A DNA stretch of 64,000 bases from an uncultured bacterium (GTDB lineage Bacteria; Omnitrophota; Gorgyraeia; Duberdicusellales; CBEUCJ01). Below are positions 1 through 10,527 of the stretch, one piece after another (the first letter of the stretch is position 1; each line of letters opens with the position of its first letter). The translations under genes and the position numbers were made by a program. The DNA is taken from assembly GCA_965541615.1 (NCBI GenBank), contig CBEUCJ010000003.1, forward strand, positions 129,941-193,940, read 5' to 3'. Below the pieces are notes generated by a model. That model ran no database searches and was not told where the DNA came from. It saw nothing but the letters and a program-made list of their open reading frames with translations.

Positions 1-790
1 GGACAGCACCCAACCTAGCATTAAAGAGAGCAATACCTCCTAAAACTGAACCATACAATAATTCTTTTCTAGAATTAACATCACTCAAATTTTTTAAGAG
101 ACCTTTTAAACCTTTATATAAAAGTCTTAAAGATTCTATACTCAAAGGTTGAGTGAATTCTGAAGCATTCTTTGAAGTGTAAGATTCTATAGCTTGAACT
201 ATTCCATCTAAAACTGAATAGAGAGTGCTTTTGAAATCTAAATTTAAAGTCAATAAGGGATCCAAAATTACTACTTTTGCAAATAAAAAATTGGATCTAA
301 AACTCTTTTTAAATTTTCTTTCTTTTGAAATCAACACAGCATTGGGAGTAACCTCTGCTCCTGTTCCAGCTGTGGTAGGGACTGCTATGAAAGGTAAGCC
401 TTCTGATTCTAAAGGAATATTTTCATACATATATTCATAGATACTTTTTTCTTTATTAGCTATGCCACTGGTCGCTTTTGCTAAATCTATAACACTTCCT
501 CCTCCTATTCCTATTACAGTATCTGCGCCAAATTTTTTACACATCTTTTGAGCAGCATCTACCATCTCTAAAGTAGGCTCTCCTCTATCTTTATAAAAGA
601 CTTTCAATTCCAAATCCTCTTTTTTAAAAGCTTTTTTCAAAAAATTTAAAACACCTATTTTCTTCATAGAATTTTTACCACATATTAAAAAATGTCTTTT
701 TCCTAATCTTCTACAAATATTTACCAATTCTTTAATAGCTGATTCTCCAAATATTATTTTTGAGGGTAGTTTAAACTCTTTTATATTCAT
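1..790 (-). CDS. iron-containing alcohol dehydrogenase (partial; C-terminal end lies beyond window start)
   Basis: Absent from ORF track because it is truncated. Manual reverse-complement translation from the ATG at 790-788 gives MNIKEFKLPSKIIFGESAIKELVNICRRLGKRHFLICGKNSMKKIGVLNFLKKAFKKEDLELK..., and further 5' in the same frame a GGGSVIDLAKA motif, the Fe-ADH signature. The frame is open to position 1. Confidence 0.7.
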   Translation of the reverse strand, partial: MNIKEFKLPSKIIFGESAIKELVNICRRLGKRHFLICGKNSMKKIGVLNFLKKAFKKEDLELKVFYKDRGEPTLEMVDAAQKMCKKFGADTVIGIGGGSVIDLAKATSGIANKEKSIYEYMYENIPLESEGLPFIAVPTTAGTGAEVTPNAVLISKERKFKKSFRSNFLFAKVVILDPLLTLNLDFKSTLYSVLDGIVQAIESYTSKNASEFTQPLSIESLRLLYKGLKGLLKNLSDVNSRKELLYGSVLGGIALFNARLGAV

Positions 791-1358
791 TTATAAAAAG
801 TATTTCTTTTAAAGGCCTCTTTGGAACACATAGAGTGCCAGATTTATCTAAATAATACTTTACGCTTCCTTTAAATTTTACTACTTTGGATTTGTGTGCA
901 GGATATCCTAAAGCTATCACAGAATCCAGTTCTAAAAAATTTGGCAACTTTAAAATTTTTTTTATCTCCTTTTTATTAATAGCTGCTATCCAACAGCTTG
1001 CTATTCCAAAGTAATGTAAACTAAGTAAAATGTTCTGGACACCAGCTCCTACATCTCTTAAGTCAGGTCTTTGAGATTTATATTTATTTATAAGGACCAT
1101 TATGTAACTGGCAGGTCTCTCTTTCTCAGAAGGTGTACCTTTTGGATAGAGATAACCTGCCCATTTCAAATGAGGGAAAATTTTTTCTTTTAGATTTTTT
1201 TTAGTAATTACTAAAAACTCTAAAAATTGTAAATTAGCAGCTGAAGGTGCGTATCTAGCACTGTCAATTGCTTTTTTGATAAGAGAAAGTTTAACCTTCT
1301 TATTTAAAAATTTCCTTATACTTCTCCTCGTTTTAATTAATTCCAAAAAATCTTTCAT
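771..1358 (-). CDS. nitroreductase family protein
   Basis: N-terminal RRSIRKF motif typical of the nitroreductase/NADH-oxidase fold; ~195 aa, the usual size. Confidence 0.65.
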   Translation of the reverse strand: MKDFLELIKTRRSIRKFLNKKVKLSLIKKAIDSARYAPSAANLQFLEFLVITKKNLKEKIFPHLKWAGYLYPKGTPSEKERPASYIMVLINKYKSQRPDLRDVGAGVQNILLSLHYFGIASCWIAAINKKEIKKILKLPNFLELDSVIALGYPAHKSKVVKFKGSVKYYLDKSGTLCVPKRPLKEILFINEYKRV

Positions 1359-2443
1359 TCTAAAAAAGAAGTGTTTAAATACCCTGTTATTAAAAAATCC
1401 TCACCTACTCTTTTAAATCTCACATATTTTAAGACTTTAGCATTCTTTATCCTTTGAATATCTTTTCCTTCAAAGCTTAAAAGACCTCTGCCTCCAAAAA
1501 TCTTAGGAGCAATGTAAATCAACAATTTATCTGCCAGACCTTCTTCTAAAAATGATGTAAATATTTTTGAGCCTCCTTCAACCATTATAGAAATAATCCC
1601 TCTTTCTGCTAAGATTTTGAGGATTTGATTTAAATTTAGCTTACCTTCTTTTTCTTTAACTAAAATTATTTCACATTTATTTTTCAGAAGTCTAAACTTA
1701 TCTTTATCATAATTTTTTTTAGAACAAAATATTAAAACTTTTCCTTTTTTAAAAATATTAGCATTCAGAGGAATTCTTAAATAAGAATCTAGAACTATCT
1801 TAATAGGAGAGTATTTACCTTTGGCTTCAAGATAAGGATTATCTTTTAAAATTGTGTTTATTCCTACTAATATAGCTTGGAAATTAGCTCTCATCTTTTT
1901 ATTATACTCTCTTGCTTTCTGAGAAGTTATCCATTTTGAATCACCTTTTAGTGTAGCTATTTTTCCATCTAAGGTTTGGGCTATTTTTAAAGTTACAAAG
2001 GGGAGGTTTTCTTTTTTAAATTTTAAGTATACTTCATTTAAAAATTTTGCTTCTGAAGCTAACACTCCTGTCTTTACCTCTATACCTTTTTCTCTCAAAA
2101 TCCTAATCCCTTTACCATTTACAAGAGGATTTGGATCTTTATGGGCTATAATTACTTTTTTAATACCTGCGGTTATTATCAAATCTGTACATGGAGGGGT
2201 TTTACCAAAATGTACACAAGGTTCTAAATTGACATATAAAACTGCTCCTTTTAGATTTTGTTTTGAAGCTCTTATAGCTTCAGATTCTGCATGGAAAGAA
2301 CCAAATTCTTTATGGTATCCTTTAGAAATTATCTTTCCTTTCTTTACAATTAAAGCTCCTACCAAAGGATTGGGGAAAGTTTTGGGTAAACCTTTCTTGG
2401 CTAATTTTAAAACCTCTTTCATATAAAATTCATCTGTCTTCAT
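1355..2443 (-). CDS. ribD: bifunctional riboflavin biosynthesis deaminase/reductase RibD
   Basis: CMP/dCMP-type deaminase zinc motif (HAESEAI ... PCVHFGKTPPC) followed by a RibD C-terminal reductase domain; lies in a rib cluster. Confidence 0.85.
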   Translation of the reverse strand: MKTDEFYMKEVLKLAKKGLPKTFPNPLVGALIVKKGKIISKGYHKEFGSFHAESEAIRASKQNLKGAVLYVNLEPCVHFGKTPPCTDLIITAGIKKVIIAHKDPNPLVNGKGIRILREKGIEVKTGVLASEAKFLNEVYLKFKKENLPFVTLKIAQTLDGKIATLKGDSKWITSQKAREYNKKMRANFQAILVGINTILKDNPYLEAKGKYSPIKIVLDSYLRIPLNANIFKKGKVLIFCSKKNYDKDKFRLLKNKCEIILVKEKEGKLNLNQILKILAERGIISIMVEGGSKIFTSFLEEGLADKLLIYIAPKIFGGRGLLSFEGKDIQRIKNAKVLKYVRFKRVGEDFLITGYLNTSFLE

Positions 2444-3258
2444 AAACTATCTCTTTTCTCCTTTAATTTTCTCACATACTCATAAGGAAGCTTTATAAAA
2501 CCTAAATAATCTTTAGGTTTTGCATTACCGTGAGAATCTGATCCTCCAGTAATTAACAAAGAATATTTTTTTGCTATTTTTATGTAATAGTCTGTGAGAT
2601 GTCTTTGATCAGGATAAAAGACTTCTATTCCTAATAGACCTGCTTGAACCAAATCATCTAAAATTTGATCTGCATTACTTCTGAAAGGGTGAGCCAAAAC
2701 TGGTATTGCCTTCATTCTTCTTAAAATCTGTATAGCTTTAAATGGTGAAAATTTAAATCTGGCTACATAACAAGGAGCTTTATCACCTATGTAATTTTTA
2801 AAAGCTTCTTTTAAATCTTTTACAACTCCTTTTTCTATTAAAACCTCTGCTACATGGAGTCTTGTTACGCAAGATTCTTTAGCTTTATTAAATACTTCTT
2901 GAGGACTAATCTCTATACCTAAAGCGGCGAGTTTTTTACTCATCTCATAAACCCTTTCTTTTCTCTGTTCTTGGATTTGTTTTAAAAACTCCAAAAACTC
3001 TTTATTTTCTACATCTACAAAATATCCTAAAATATGGACTTCTTTGCCTTCAAATTCTGTGGTGATCTCTACACCTGGAATAAATTCAATATCAAATTCT
3101 TTAGCTAAAGCAAGACTTAATTTTATTCCTTTTACTGTATCGTGATCGGTTAAAGAAAGGCAATTTAAATTATGTGATTTTGCTATTTTAAAGATCTCTT
3201 CTACACTAAATGTAGAATCTGAATACTCAGAATGTATATGGAGATCAGCTGACTTCAT
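2440..3258 (-). CDS. PHP-domain metal-dependent phosphoesterase
   Basis: N-terminal [11 protein letters not shown] His-rich PHP motif; ~270 aa. Confidence 0.6.
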   Translation of the reverse strand: MKSADLHIHSEYSDSTFSVEEIFKIAKSHNLNCLSLTDHDTVKGIKLSLALAKEFDIEFIPGVEITTEFEGKEVHILGYFVDVENKEFLEFLKQIQEQRKERVYEMSKKLAALGIEISPQEVFNKAKESCVTRLHVAEVLIEKGVVKDLKEAFKNYIGDKAPCYVARFKFSPFKAIQILRRMKAIPVLAHPFRSNADQILDDLVQAGLLGIEVFYPDQRHLTDYYIKIAKKYSLLITGGSDSHGNAKPKDYLGFIKLPYEYVRKLKEKRDSL

Positions 3259-3682
3259 TTAATCTTTTAAAAGAAGGAGTTTCTTTTTTTGCTACGCTAT
3301 CTAAAATCCCATTAACAAATTTAGGAGAATCTGTATCTCCATAACGTTTGGCTAACTCTATAGCTTCATTTATACTTACTTTTGGAGGAACTTCATCTAA
3401 ATACAAGAGTTCATAGATACCTATTCTTAAAATATTTCTATCTACATAAGCCATCCTTTTTAACTCCCAGTTTAAAGCATATTTGGTTATGATCTGGTCT
3501 ATCTTTTGTCTATTTTCAACTACACCTTTTACTATCTGAGAAGCGAATTCTCTTACTTGAGGAGGGAAAGGATAAAAAGAAAAGTATTCTTCTAAAATTC
3601 TTTGGGGATCTGAATCTTGGGAAATATCTATCTGATAAAGAATCCTCAAAGCACACTCTCTAGCCAAACTCCTTTTTCTCAT
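3245..3682 (-). CDS. nusB: transcription antitermination factor NusB
   Basis: [11 protein letters not shown]-terminus, ~145 aa; classic position immediately downstream of ribH. Confidence 0.85.
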   Translation of the reverse strand: MRKRSLARECALRILYQIDISQDSDPQRILEEYFSFYPFPPQVREFASQIVKGVVENRQKIDQIITKYALNWELKRMAYVDRNILRIGIYELLYLDEVPPKVSINEAIELAKRYGDTDSPKFVNGILDSVAKKETPSFKRLNEVS

Positions 3683-4144
3683 TTAAAGCTCTTCTAAAAG
3701 ATTTACCATTTCTAAAGCATGTAAGGCTGCTAATCTTCCTTTATTTCCTTCTTTTAAACCTGCTCTTTCAAAAGCCTGTTCTGAAGTGTCAGCTGTTATT
3801 ATTCCAAAAATAACTGGTATCTCTGTACTCAAACTTACACTCATTATTCCTCTTGAAGTTTGAGAAGCAACATACTCAAAATGAGGAGTCTCACCTCTAA
3901 TTACAGCTCCCAAGCAGATCACAGCATGGTATTTTTTAGATTGAGCCAATTTCTTAGCTACCAATGGGATCTCTAAAGCTCCTGGGACCCAAAAGCAATG
4001 AATATCATCTGGATTTACTAAATGTTGTAAAAGAGCCTCCTTACATCCTTCTAAAAGTTCTTTAGTTATTAATTCATTAAACTTAGAAACGACGATTCCA
4101 AATTTTTTTCCTTTACCTATCAAATTTGCCTTCTTTTCGATCAT
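3683..4144 (-). CDS. ribH: 6,7-dimethyl-8-ribityllumazine synthase
   Basis: FGIVVSKFNELITKELLEG ... lumazine synthase motifs, 153 aa. Confidence 0.9.
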   Translation of the reverse strand: MIEKKANLIGKGKKFGIVVSKFNELITKELLEGCKEALLQHLVNPDDIHCFWVPGALEIPLVAKKLAQSKKYHAVICLGAVIRGETPHFEYVASQTSRGIMSVSLSTEIPVIFGIITADTSEQAFERAGLKEGNKGRLAALHALEMVNLLEEL

Positions 4145-4164
4145 AATTTGACCTCCTTAAATTT

Positions 4165-5436
4165 TTAAAGGAGATGACCTAACTTTTTCTTTTTAGTCTC
4201 TAAATACTCTTTATTCTGAGGATTAGGGGGTATCTTAATAGGAATCCTTTCAACGACTTTTAATCCATATCCTTCTAAACCTACAATTTTTTTAGGATTG
4301 TTAGTCAATAATCTTATATTCTTTACTCCTAAATCTACTAAAATTTGGGCTCCTATTCCATAATCTCTTAAATCTGCAGGAAAACCCAAAGCTAAATTTG
4401 CTTCCACAGTATCCAAACCTTTATCTTGTAATTGATAAGCTTTAAGTTTATTTTTAAGTCCTATACCCCTTCCCTCTTGAGTGATGTACAGTAAGACACC
4501 TCTTCCTTCTTTATTTATCATTTTTAAAGATTCTCTTAACTGTCTTCCACAATCACATCTCAAAGATAAAAAAGTATCTCCTGTAAGACATGAAGAATGG
4601 ACTCTAACCAAAATTGGGTTTTGAGTGTTTAAATCTCCTTTGTATAAAGCTAAACCCACTGTATCATCGATTATAGATTCATAAACTTTTAGATTAAAAT
4701 CTCCGAATTCAGTAGGAAGATGAGTTTTGGCTATTAGTCTAATAAGCTTTTCTCTTTTCCTTCTATACTCTATAAGATCTTTTATAGAACAGATCTTTAA
4801 ATTATGCTTTTGAGCGAATTTTATTAATTGAGGTACTCTTGCCATAGTTCCATCATCATTTATTATTTCACAAATTACAGCTGCAGGATAAATTCCAGCT
4901 AACTTACATAAGTCTACCCCGGCTTCAGTGTGACCAGCTCTTACTAATACTCCTCCAGGTCTTGCCATTAGAGGAAATACGTGACCTGGTCTTATTAGAT
5001 CCTCAGGTTTAGTATTAGGATCTATTAAAGCTTTAATCGTAACAGCTCTGTCATAAGCAGAGATACCTGTGGTCGTCCCTTTTCTTGCATCACATGACTC
5101 CATCCAAGCAGTAGAAAAAGGATCTTGAGAATGAATCTTAAGTTCTGTATGTTGAGCCATTGGTCTTAAATCTAACTCCTTTAATCTCTCTTTCTCCATA
5201 GCCACACATACCAAACCCCTTGCTTCCTTTATCATAAAGTTTATCTTTTGAGGTGTTACAAATTGAGCAGGCAGAACTAGGTCTCCTTCATTTTCTCTAT
5301 CTTCATCATCTACAACTATGACCATATTTCCTTTTCTCAACTCTTCTATAATTTCTTCAATACTATTAAACATAGTGGTAAAATTATATTTCATTTCTCT
5401 TGACATCTCAAGATTTTTTATATAATATTTTTGCAT
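4165..5436 (-). CDS. ribBA: bifunctional 3,4-dihydroxy-2-butanone-4-phosphate synthase / GTP cyclohydrolase II
   Basis: 423 aa; N-terminal DHBP synthase ([13 protein letters not shown]) and C-terminal GTP cyclohydrolase II (three-Cys zinc site CLTGD..C.C). Confidence 0.9.
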   Translation of the reverse strand: MQKYYIKNLEMSREMKYNFTTMFNSIEEIIEELRKGNMVIVVDDEDRENEGDLVLPAQFVTPQKINFMIKEARGLVCVAMEKERLKELDLRPMAQHTELKIHSQDPFSTAWMESCDARKGTTTGISAYDRAVTIKALIDPNTKPEDLIRPGHVFPLMARPGGVLVRAGHTEAGVDLCKLAGIYPAAVICEIINDDGTMARVPQLIKFAQKHNLKICSIKDLIEYRRKREKLIRLIAKTHLPTEFGDFNLKVYESIIDDTVGLALYKGDLNTQNPILVRVHSSCLTGDTFLSLRCDCGRQLRESLKMINKEGRGVLLYITQEGRGIGLKNKLKAYQLQDKGLDTVEANLALGFPADLRDYGIGAQILVDLGVKNIRLLTNNPKKIVGLEGYGLKVVERIPIKIPPNPQNKEYLETKKKKLGHLL

Positions 5437-5463
5437 TAGTTTTCAATAAAAGGAGGACGGATA

Positions 5464-5691
5464 TTGGCTAGGAGATGTGAAATCTGTGGTAAAAAACCTA
5501 TAAGTGGAAATTCTATCTCTAGAAGAGGTTTAGCAAAAAAGAAAGGTGGGGTTGGAATTAAAACTACAGCTACTACTACCAGAAGATTTTATCCTAATCT
5601 CCAGAAAGTAAGAGTAAGGATTGGAAATAAAATCAAAAGGATAAATGTCTGTACTAAATGTTTAAAATCAGGGCGCGTTCAGAAAGTATAA
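5464..5691 (+). CDS. rpmB: 50S ribosomal protein L28
   Basis: MARRCEICGKKP...RFYPNLQKVRV...CTKCLKSG matches the L28 family. Apparent TTG start, preceded by an AGGAGG Shine-Dalgarno. Confidence 0.75.
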   Translation: MARRCEICGKKPISGNSISRRGLAKKKGGVGIKTTATTTRRFYPNLQKVRVRIGNKIKRINVCTKCLKSGRVQKV

Positions 5692-7334
5692 GAAGGCTTT
5701 ATATCTTTCAAGTTTAACATAATATCATCATCTGCTTTACTCAAAGAAAAACAAATATCAAATTTATTAAATCTATTGAAATATTCTTGATCAAATTCAG
5801 ATTCTTTTAAACAACAGAATGTAAATTTGCCATCTGTAAAATAAACCTTTTTATCTGTAAGAGATGTTTTTGGGTAAACATTTTTTACTAAAAACACTGG
5901 TTCTGGGTTTCCTTCCCCAAAAGGTCCTAATAATTTTATGAATTCAATCAACTCATTATTTATCTCTTCAAAAGTTATTTGTGCATCTATAAAAATCGTT
6001 GGAACTAAGTCTTCAAAAGAGAGTTTAGCTTTAGCTATTTGATTTATTTTCTTTTTGAAATCAGTTAAATACTCTCTTTTTACACTTAACCCACAAGCTA
6101 ACTTATGACCTCCATATTCATATAAAAATTCTTTACAATCGTTTAAAGCTGAAGTTATATCAAACCTTTCTATAGATCTTCCTGAACCTTTAGCTTTTCT
6201 TTCGTCTAAAGAAAGCAAAATACAAGGTCTAAAAAACTCTTCTTTTATTTTTGAAGCTACTATTCCTAAAACTCCCAAATGCCAATCCTCTTTCCACAAG
6301 ACTAAAACCAAATCTTCTCTAAAATCTATATCTTTTTCTATTATAAAAAAAGCTTCCTCTAAAACTTGCTTTTGAATCTTCTGTCTTTGAGAATTTAAAG
6401 CTTCTAACTTTTCTGCCAACTTTTCACAAGAGCTCAAGGAATTAGAACTAAGTAATTCTAAGGAAAGTGTAGCTGTATCTAACCTGCCAGGTGCATTAAT
6501 ACGTGGACCTATTACAAAACCTATATGAAAAATATTTACTTTCTCAGGATTTAAGCGTGCTAAGTTCATTAAGACTTTCAAACCTGGTCTCTGAGTCGCT
6601 CTTAAAAATCTTAAACCTTCTTTTATAAAAATTCTGTTTTCATCGATTAAAGGTGCGCAATCACAGATTGTAGCTAAAACTACTAAATCTAAAAATTCAT
6701 AAGGGAATCTATTTAATATCAACTGAGATAATTTAAAAACTAAGGCTGCTGAAACTAACTCTTTAAAAGGGTAATAAGAATCAGGTCTCTTAGGGTTTAT
6801 AAAACCGAAAGCTGGATGTGGAAAGGAATTTACAAAATGGTGGTCGATAACGATAGTATCTGTACCTATTTTTTTTAGGTGTTCTATTACTTCTATATCA
6901 GAAGTTCCACAATCTGAAGTTATTAAAAGAGTAATCTTATTAGATTTAATGTAATCTATAATGTAACTTCCTAAACCATAGCCTTGAGTGAATCTATTAG
7001 GGATGAAAACTTGAGGGTCTGATCCCAACTTTTGAAGAGTTTCTTTTAATATACATACACTGCATACTCCATCTGTATCATAATCTGTAAATAATAATAT
7101 CTTCTCTTTTCTTTCTATTGCCCTAAGTATTCTTTCTACAGATTTTTCTATATCAGGAAGATTCAAAGGAGAATGGAGATTTTCAAATGAAGAGTTTAAA
7201 TATCTACTCAATCCTTTAAAATCTTTATTCCTTGAAGCCAAAATTCTTGCTTTTATTGAGTCTATCTTTACTTCTTTAATTAAGTAATTATAGACTTGCG
7301 TATTAAAATCTCTAAATACCCAGTTTTTCTTCAT
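5679..7334 (-). CDS. recJ: single-stranded-DNA-specific exonuclease RecJ
   Basis: DHH phosphoesterase motifs (DYDTDGV, DHH) and a DHHA1 region; 551 aa. Confidence 0.85.
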   Translation of the reverse strand: MKKNWVFRDFNTQVYNYLIKEVKIDSIKARILASRNKDFKGLSRYLNSSFENLHSPLNLPDIEKSVERILRAIERKEKILLFTDYDTDGVCSVCILKETLQKLGSDPQVFIPNRFTQGYGLGSYIIDYIKSNKITLLITSDCGTSDIEVIEHLKKIGTDTIVIDHHFVNSFPHPAFGFINPKRPDSYYPFKELVSAALVFKLSQLILNRFPYEFLDLVVLATICDCAPLIDENRIFIKEGLRFLRATQRPGLKVLMNLARLNPEKVNIFHIGFVIGPRINAPGRLDTATLSLELLSSNSLSSCEKLAEKLEALNSQRQKIQKQVLEEAFFIIEKDIDFREDLVLVLWKEDWHLGVLGIVASKIKEEFFRPCILLSLDERKAKGSGRSIERFDITSALNDCKEFLYEYGGHKLACGLSVKREYLTDFKKKINQIAKAKLSFEDLVPTIFIDAQITFEEINNELIEFIKLLGPFGEGNPEPVFLVKNVYPKTSLTDKKVYFTDGKFTFCCLKESEFDQEYFNRFNKFDICFSLSKADDDIMLNLKDIKPSYTF

Positions 7335-7359
7335 TGTTTTAAAAAATTTTTAAATTCAG

Positions 7360-8991
7360 TTACATTTTCTCAAGAGCCTTTACTCCTAAAAGTCCTAAAC
7401 CCAATTTTAAAATATTTTTGGTAACTTTACACAAAAAGAGCCTTGCTTTTCTTATTTGGAAATCATTATCTAAAACTCTTTTTCTCTCATAAAACAGATG
7501 AAACTTATTACTCAGAGTCATCAAAAAATCTAACAGATAATAAGGCTCAAATAGAGTTACACACAGTCTTAATATTTCTTTAAATCTAACTAATATTCTC
7601 ATTAAATCTAACTCTTCTTTTTCTTTCAAAACCTTTAAATCTTCTAAATTTACTTTAAAGTCTTTCATATTCTCCTTAGCAAATATACTACAGATTCTTG
7701 CATGAGCATATTGAATATAATAAACAGGATTATCTTTTGTCCTTTTTTTGGCTAACTCTACATCAAAATCAAGAGGAGAAGAAATTCTTCTTAAAAGATA
7801 GAATACCCTCGCACTATCTACTTCTATATCTTTTATTAGTTCTCTTAAAGAATAAAATTCACCTTTCCTTGTAGACATAGAGATTTTTTTATTATCCTTT
7901 AATAAACTCACATGTTGGCAAATTATAATCTTTAATTTGTTATCATCTAAACCTAAACCTTTAATAGCAGCTTTTAACCTTTCAATATAACCATGATGAT
8001 CTGGCCCCCAAAAGTTTATTATCAAATCAGGATTCCTTGAAAATTTTTCATAGTGAAAAGCAATATCTGGAGCAAGGTAAGTATACTCTTTGTTAGATTT
8101 TACAACTACTCTATCCTTTGAATCCCCAAATTCAGAAGACTTAATCCAAAATGCTCCTTCTTTTTCATAAACAAGACCTTTTTCTTTTAAAAGATTTAAA
8201 ACTCTCTCTATTTTACCTTCCTGTCTGAGTCTTTTTTGGCTTATCCATTCATCAAAATTTACTCTAAAAATTTCTAAATCTTTCTTTATCTCCTTTAAAA
8301 TCTCTTTAACAGCTATCTCAGAAAAAAATTCTATAGGTTTTTCTTCTAAACCTTCTTCTAAGTTTTTGGCTATCTCTTTTAAATACTCTCCCTTGTACCC
8401 ATCTTCAGGAATTTGAAAAGAAAGCCCTCTTAGTTCTCTGTATCTTGCTCTTAAAGATTCTCCTAACAGAGTTATTTGTCTTCCTTCATCATTTATATAA
8501 TACTGAGTAATAACTTTAAACCCACAAAATCTTAAAATTCTAGCTAAGCTATCTCCTACACAAGCTTGTCTTCCATGAGCAAATGTTAAGGGACCTGTAG
8601 GGTTTGCACTTACAAACTCTAAGAGTACCTTTTTTCCTTTGCCAAAGTCTAATTTTTTAAGATCATATAATTCTAAAATATTCTTAAAAAGTGCTTCTTT
8701 GGAAAAGAAAAAATTCAAATACCCAGGTTTAGAAAACTCTATCTTCTCAAAATCTTGTTTAAGGACTTGATTTAACTTAGCTTCATAGTTTTTAAAAACT
8801 TCTTGAGGAGATTTTTTTATTCTTTTTGAAACTTTAAAAAGAATATTTGTGCTTATATCTGCAAATTCTAAAGGAGGAAATTCTAATATGAATTCCTTTT
8901 CTTCAAAAACTTCCTCTAAAGTTTTTTTTAAATTATCTATTATTCTATAACCTCTTTCTTTGCTTGATTCCATAAGTGTTCTAAGTCCCAA
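7360..8991 (-). CDS. argS: arginine--tRNA ligase
   Basis: Class I HIGH-type motif (SANPTGPLTFAHGRQ) and an arginyl anticodon-binding C-terminus; 543 aa. Confidence 0.85.
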   Translation of the reverse strand: MGLRTLMESSKERGYRIIDNLKKTLEEVFEEKEFILEFPPLEFADISTNILFKVSKRIKKSPQEVFKNYEAKLNQVLKQDFEKIEFSKPGYLNFFFSKEALFKNILELYDLKKLDFGKGKKVLLEFVSANPTGPLTFAHGRQACVGDSLARILRFCGFKVITQYYINDEGRQITLLGESLRARYRELRGLSFQIPEDGYKGEYLKEIAKNLEEGLEEKPIEFFSEIAVKEILKEIKKDLEIFRVNFDEWISQKRLRQEGKIERVLNLLKEKGLVYEKEGAFWIKSSEFGDSKDRVVVKSNKEYTYLAPDIAFHYEKFSRNPDLIINFWGPDHHGYIERLKAAIKGLGLDDNKLKIIICQHVSLLKDNKKISMSTRKGEFYSLRELIKDIEVDSARVFYLLRRISSPLDFDVELAKKRTKDNPVYYIQYAHARICSIFAKENMKDFKVNLEDLKVLKEKEELDLMRILVRFKEILRLCVTLFEPYYLLDFLMTLSNKFHLFYERKRVLDNDFQIRKARLFLCKVTKNILKLGLGLLGVKALEKM

Positions 8992-9272
8992 TAATTTCTT
9001 GCTTCTTCAGAAAAAATATGCAAGATGAAATCTCCAAAATCTATGAGTATCCAATCAGTATTTTCTCCTTCTATATGATGAATACTTATCTTTTTTCTCT
9101 TTGTATATAACAGAATCTCTTCTAAAAGAGCCTGTGATTGTTTTTCTGATGTTGAAGAGCAGATTATAAAATAATCACATAATTGAGTTAAACCTCTCAA
9201 ATCTAAGATAACTATTTCTTTAGCTTTCTTTTTTTTAAGAATATTTACTATATTATTTAATTGGGATATCAA
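8940..9272 (-). CDS. rsfS: ribosomal silencing factor RsfS (Iojap family)
   Basis: 110 aa; the EIVILDLRGL...DYFIICSGTS-like core is typical of RsfS. Confidence 0.7.
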   Translation of the reverse strand: MISQLNNIVNILKKKKAKEIVILDLRGLTQLCDYFIICSSTSEKQSQALLEEILLYTKRKKISIHHIEGENTDWILIDFGDFILHIFSEEARNYWDLEHLWNQAKKEVIE

Positions 9273-10527
9273 TTTTTACTTTTTTGAAATAATCTTTGAG
9301 TTCAGTTTCATCTATGTTACCTAAAAGAGTAAATACTACTTTATCTAAATCAAAAATATCTTTTGAAAATTTTTTTACATCCTCTAAAGTTATCTCATCC
9401 ATCTTTTTCTTTATCTCATCCAAAGTAGGAATCCTATTTTCATAAACCACACTATCTCCCATATAAAGCATTCTTTCTGAAATAGAATCTAAACCTATTA
9501 AAAAATTTCCCCAAAGATAATCCTTTGCTCTTTTTAACTCTGAATCTTTAATATCAGTCTTTATATTCTCTAATTCTTTTAATACTAAATCTATTGCTTT
9601 GGTAACTTTTTGAGGAGCAGTAGCAAGATGAATACCAAATAAACCAATATCTTTGTATTTTCTTGTAAAACTTGAAACTTCATAAACTAAACCTCTCTTT
9701 TCTCTTATCTTCTCAAATAGCCTTGAACTCATATTTGCTCCTAAGATCACGTGCAACATTTCTTGTAAGAATCTTTGTGGATTTAAGCGTGACAAACCTA
9801 AAAAACTTATTATTAAATGGACTTGATTTATTTCTCTTTTTTCTAAAACTAATGATTTTTTATTTTTAAATTCCTCTTTTTTGAATCTAACAGATTTTTT
9901 TCTTTCTCTTTTAATCTTATCCATTAAAAATTCCTTTATCTCCTTTTTATTCAAATTTCCAGCGACACTTATTACCATATTAGAAGGTGTGTAAAATTTT
10001 TCTTTATGCTTTAAAAGGTCTTCTCTTTCTATTCTGCTTACAGTCTCAAAATCACCTATTATATCTGCTTCTAAACTACTACCTTTAAATATCTCCTTTT
10101 CATTTAATGAAAATACATAAGAAGATGGTAAATCTATGTGCATTTTTATCTCTTCAAATATCACTTTTCTTTCTTTTTCCAAATCTTCTTCTCTCAAAAG
10201 AGGATTTTGAGTCATATCTAAAAGTATTTCTAAAGTTTTGTTTTGATAGTTTGAAGGGACTTTAGCATAAAAACAAGTAACTTCTTTAGAAGTAAATGCA
10301 TTTAGATAACCTCCCACACCTTCTATAGAAATTTTTATTTTTTTGCAAGAAAATCTTTTGGTGCCTTTAAAAACCATATGTTCAAAAAAGTGAGACAACC
10401 CTTTTTTAGAATTAGGCTCATCTCTTGAACCAACTTTAACAAAGACTCCTACAGCTACAGAATTCGTATCATTCATAAAAGATGTAGCTAACTTTACTCC
10501 AGATTTTAATTCTTCTAATTCAAACAT
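9253..10527 (-). CDS. M16 family zinc peptidase (insulinase-like)
   Basis: Inverted zinc-binding HxxEH motif (HFFEHMVFKGT); 424 aa. Confidence 0.75.
   Translation of the reverse strand: MFELEELKSGVKLATSFMNDTNSVAVGVFVKVGSRDEPNSKKGLSHFFEHMVFKGTKRFSCKKIKISIEGVGGYLNAFTSKEVTCFYAKVPSNYQNKTLEILLDMTQNPLLREEDLEKERKVIFEEIKMHIDLPSSYVFSLNEKEIFKGSSLEADIIGDFETVSRIEREDLLKHKEKFYTPSNMVISVAGNLNKKEIKEFLMDKIKRERKKSVRFKKEEFKNKKSLVLEKREINQVHLIISFLGLSRLNPQRFLQEMLHVILGANMSSRLFEKIREKRGLVYEVSSFTRKYKDIGLFGIHLATAPQKVTKAIDLVLKELENIKTDIKDSELKRAKDYLWGNFLIGLDSISERMLYMGDSVVYENRIPTLDEIKKKMDEITLEDVKKFSKDIFDLDKVVFTLLGNIDETELKDYFKKVKIDIPIK

Noticed and set aside
225-440. 71-aa plus-strand ORF from the six-frame track
   Set aside because: It lies entirely inside, and antisense to, the partial Fe-dependent alcohol dehydrogenase gene (1-790, minus strand), whose frame is open and carries a GGGS..DxAK signature. 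No motif, AT-rich low-complexity translation.
5437-5463. Expected FMN riboswitch upstream of ribBA
   Set aside because: Only 27 nt separate ribBA from the divergent rpmB gene. No space for an RFN element and no conserved RFN-like sequence seen.
8940-8991. 52-nt overlap between rsfS and argS as a possible frameshift or fusion
   Set aside because: The argS N-terminus has alternative in-frame Met codons a few residues downstream. An overlap of this size is consistent with the pervasive translational coupling in this window.
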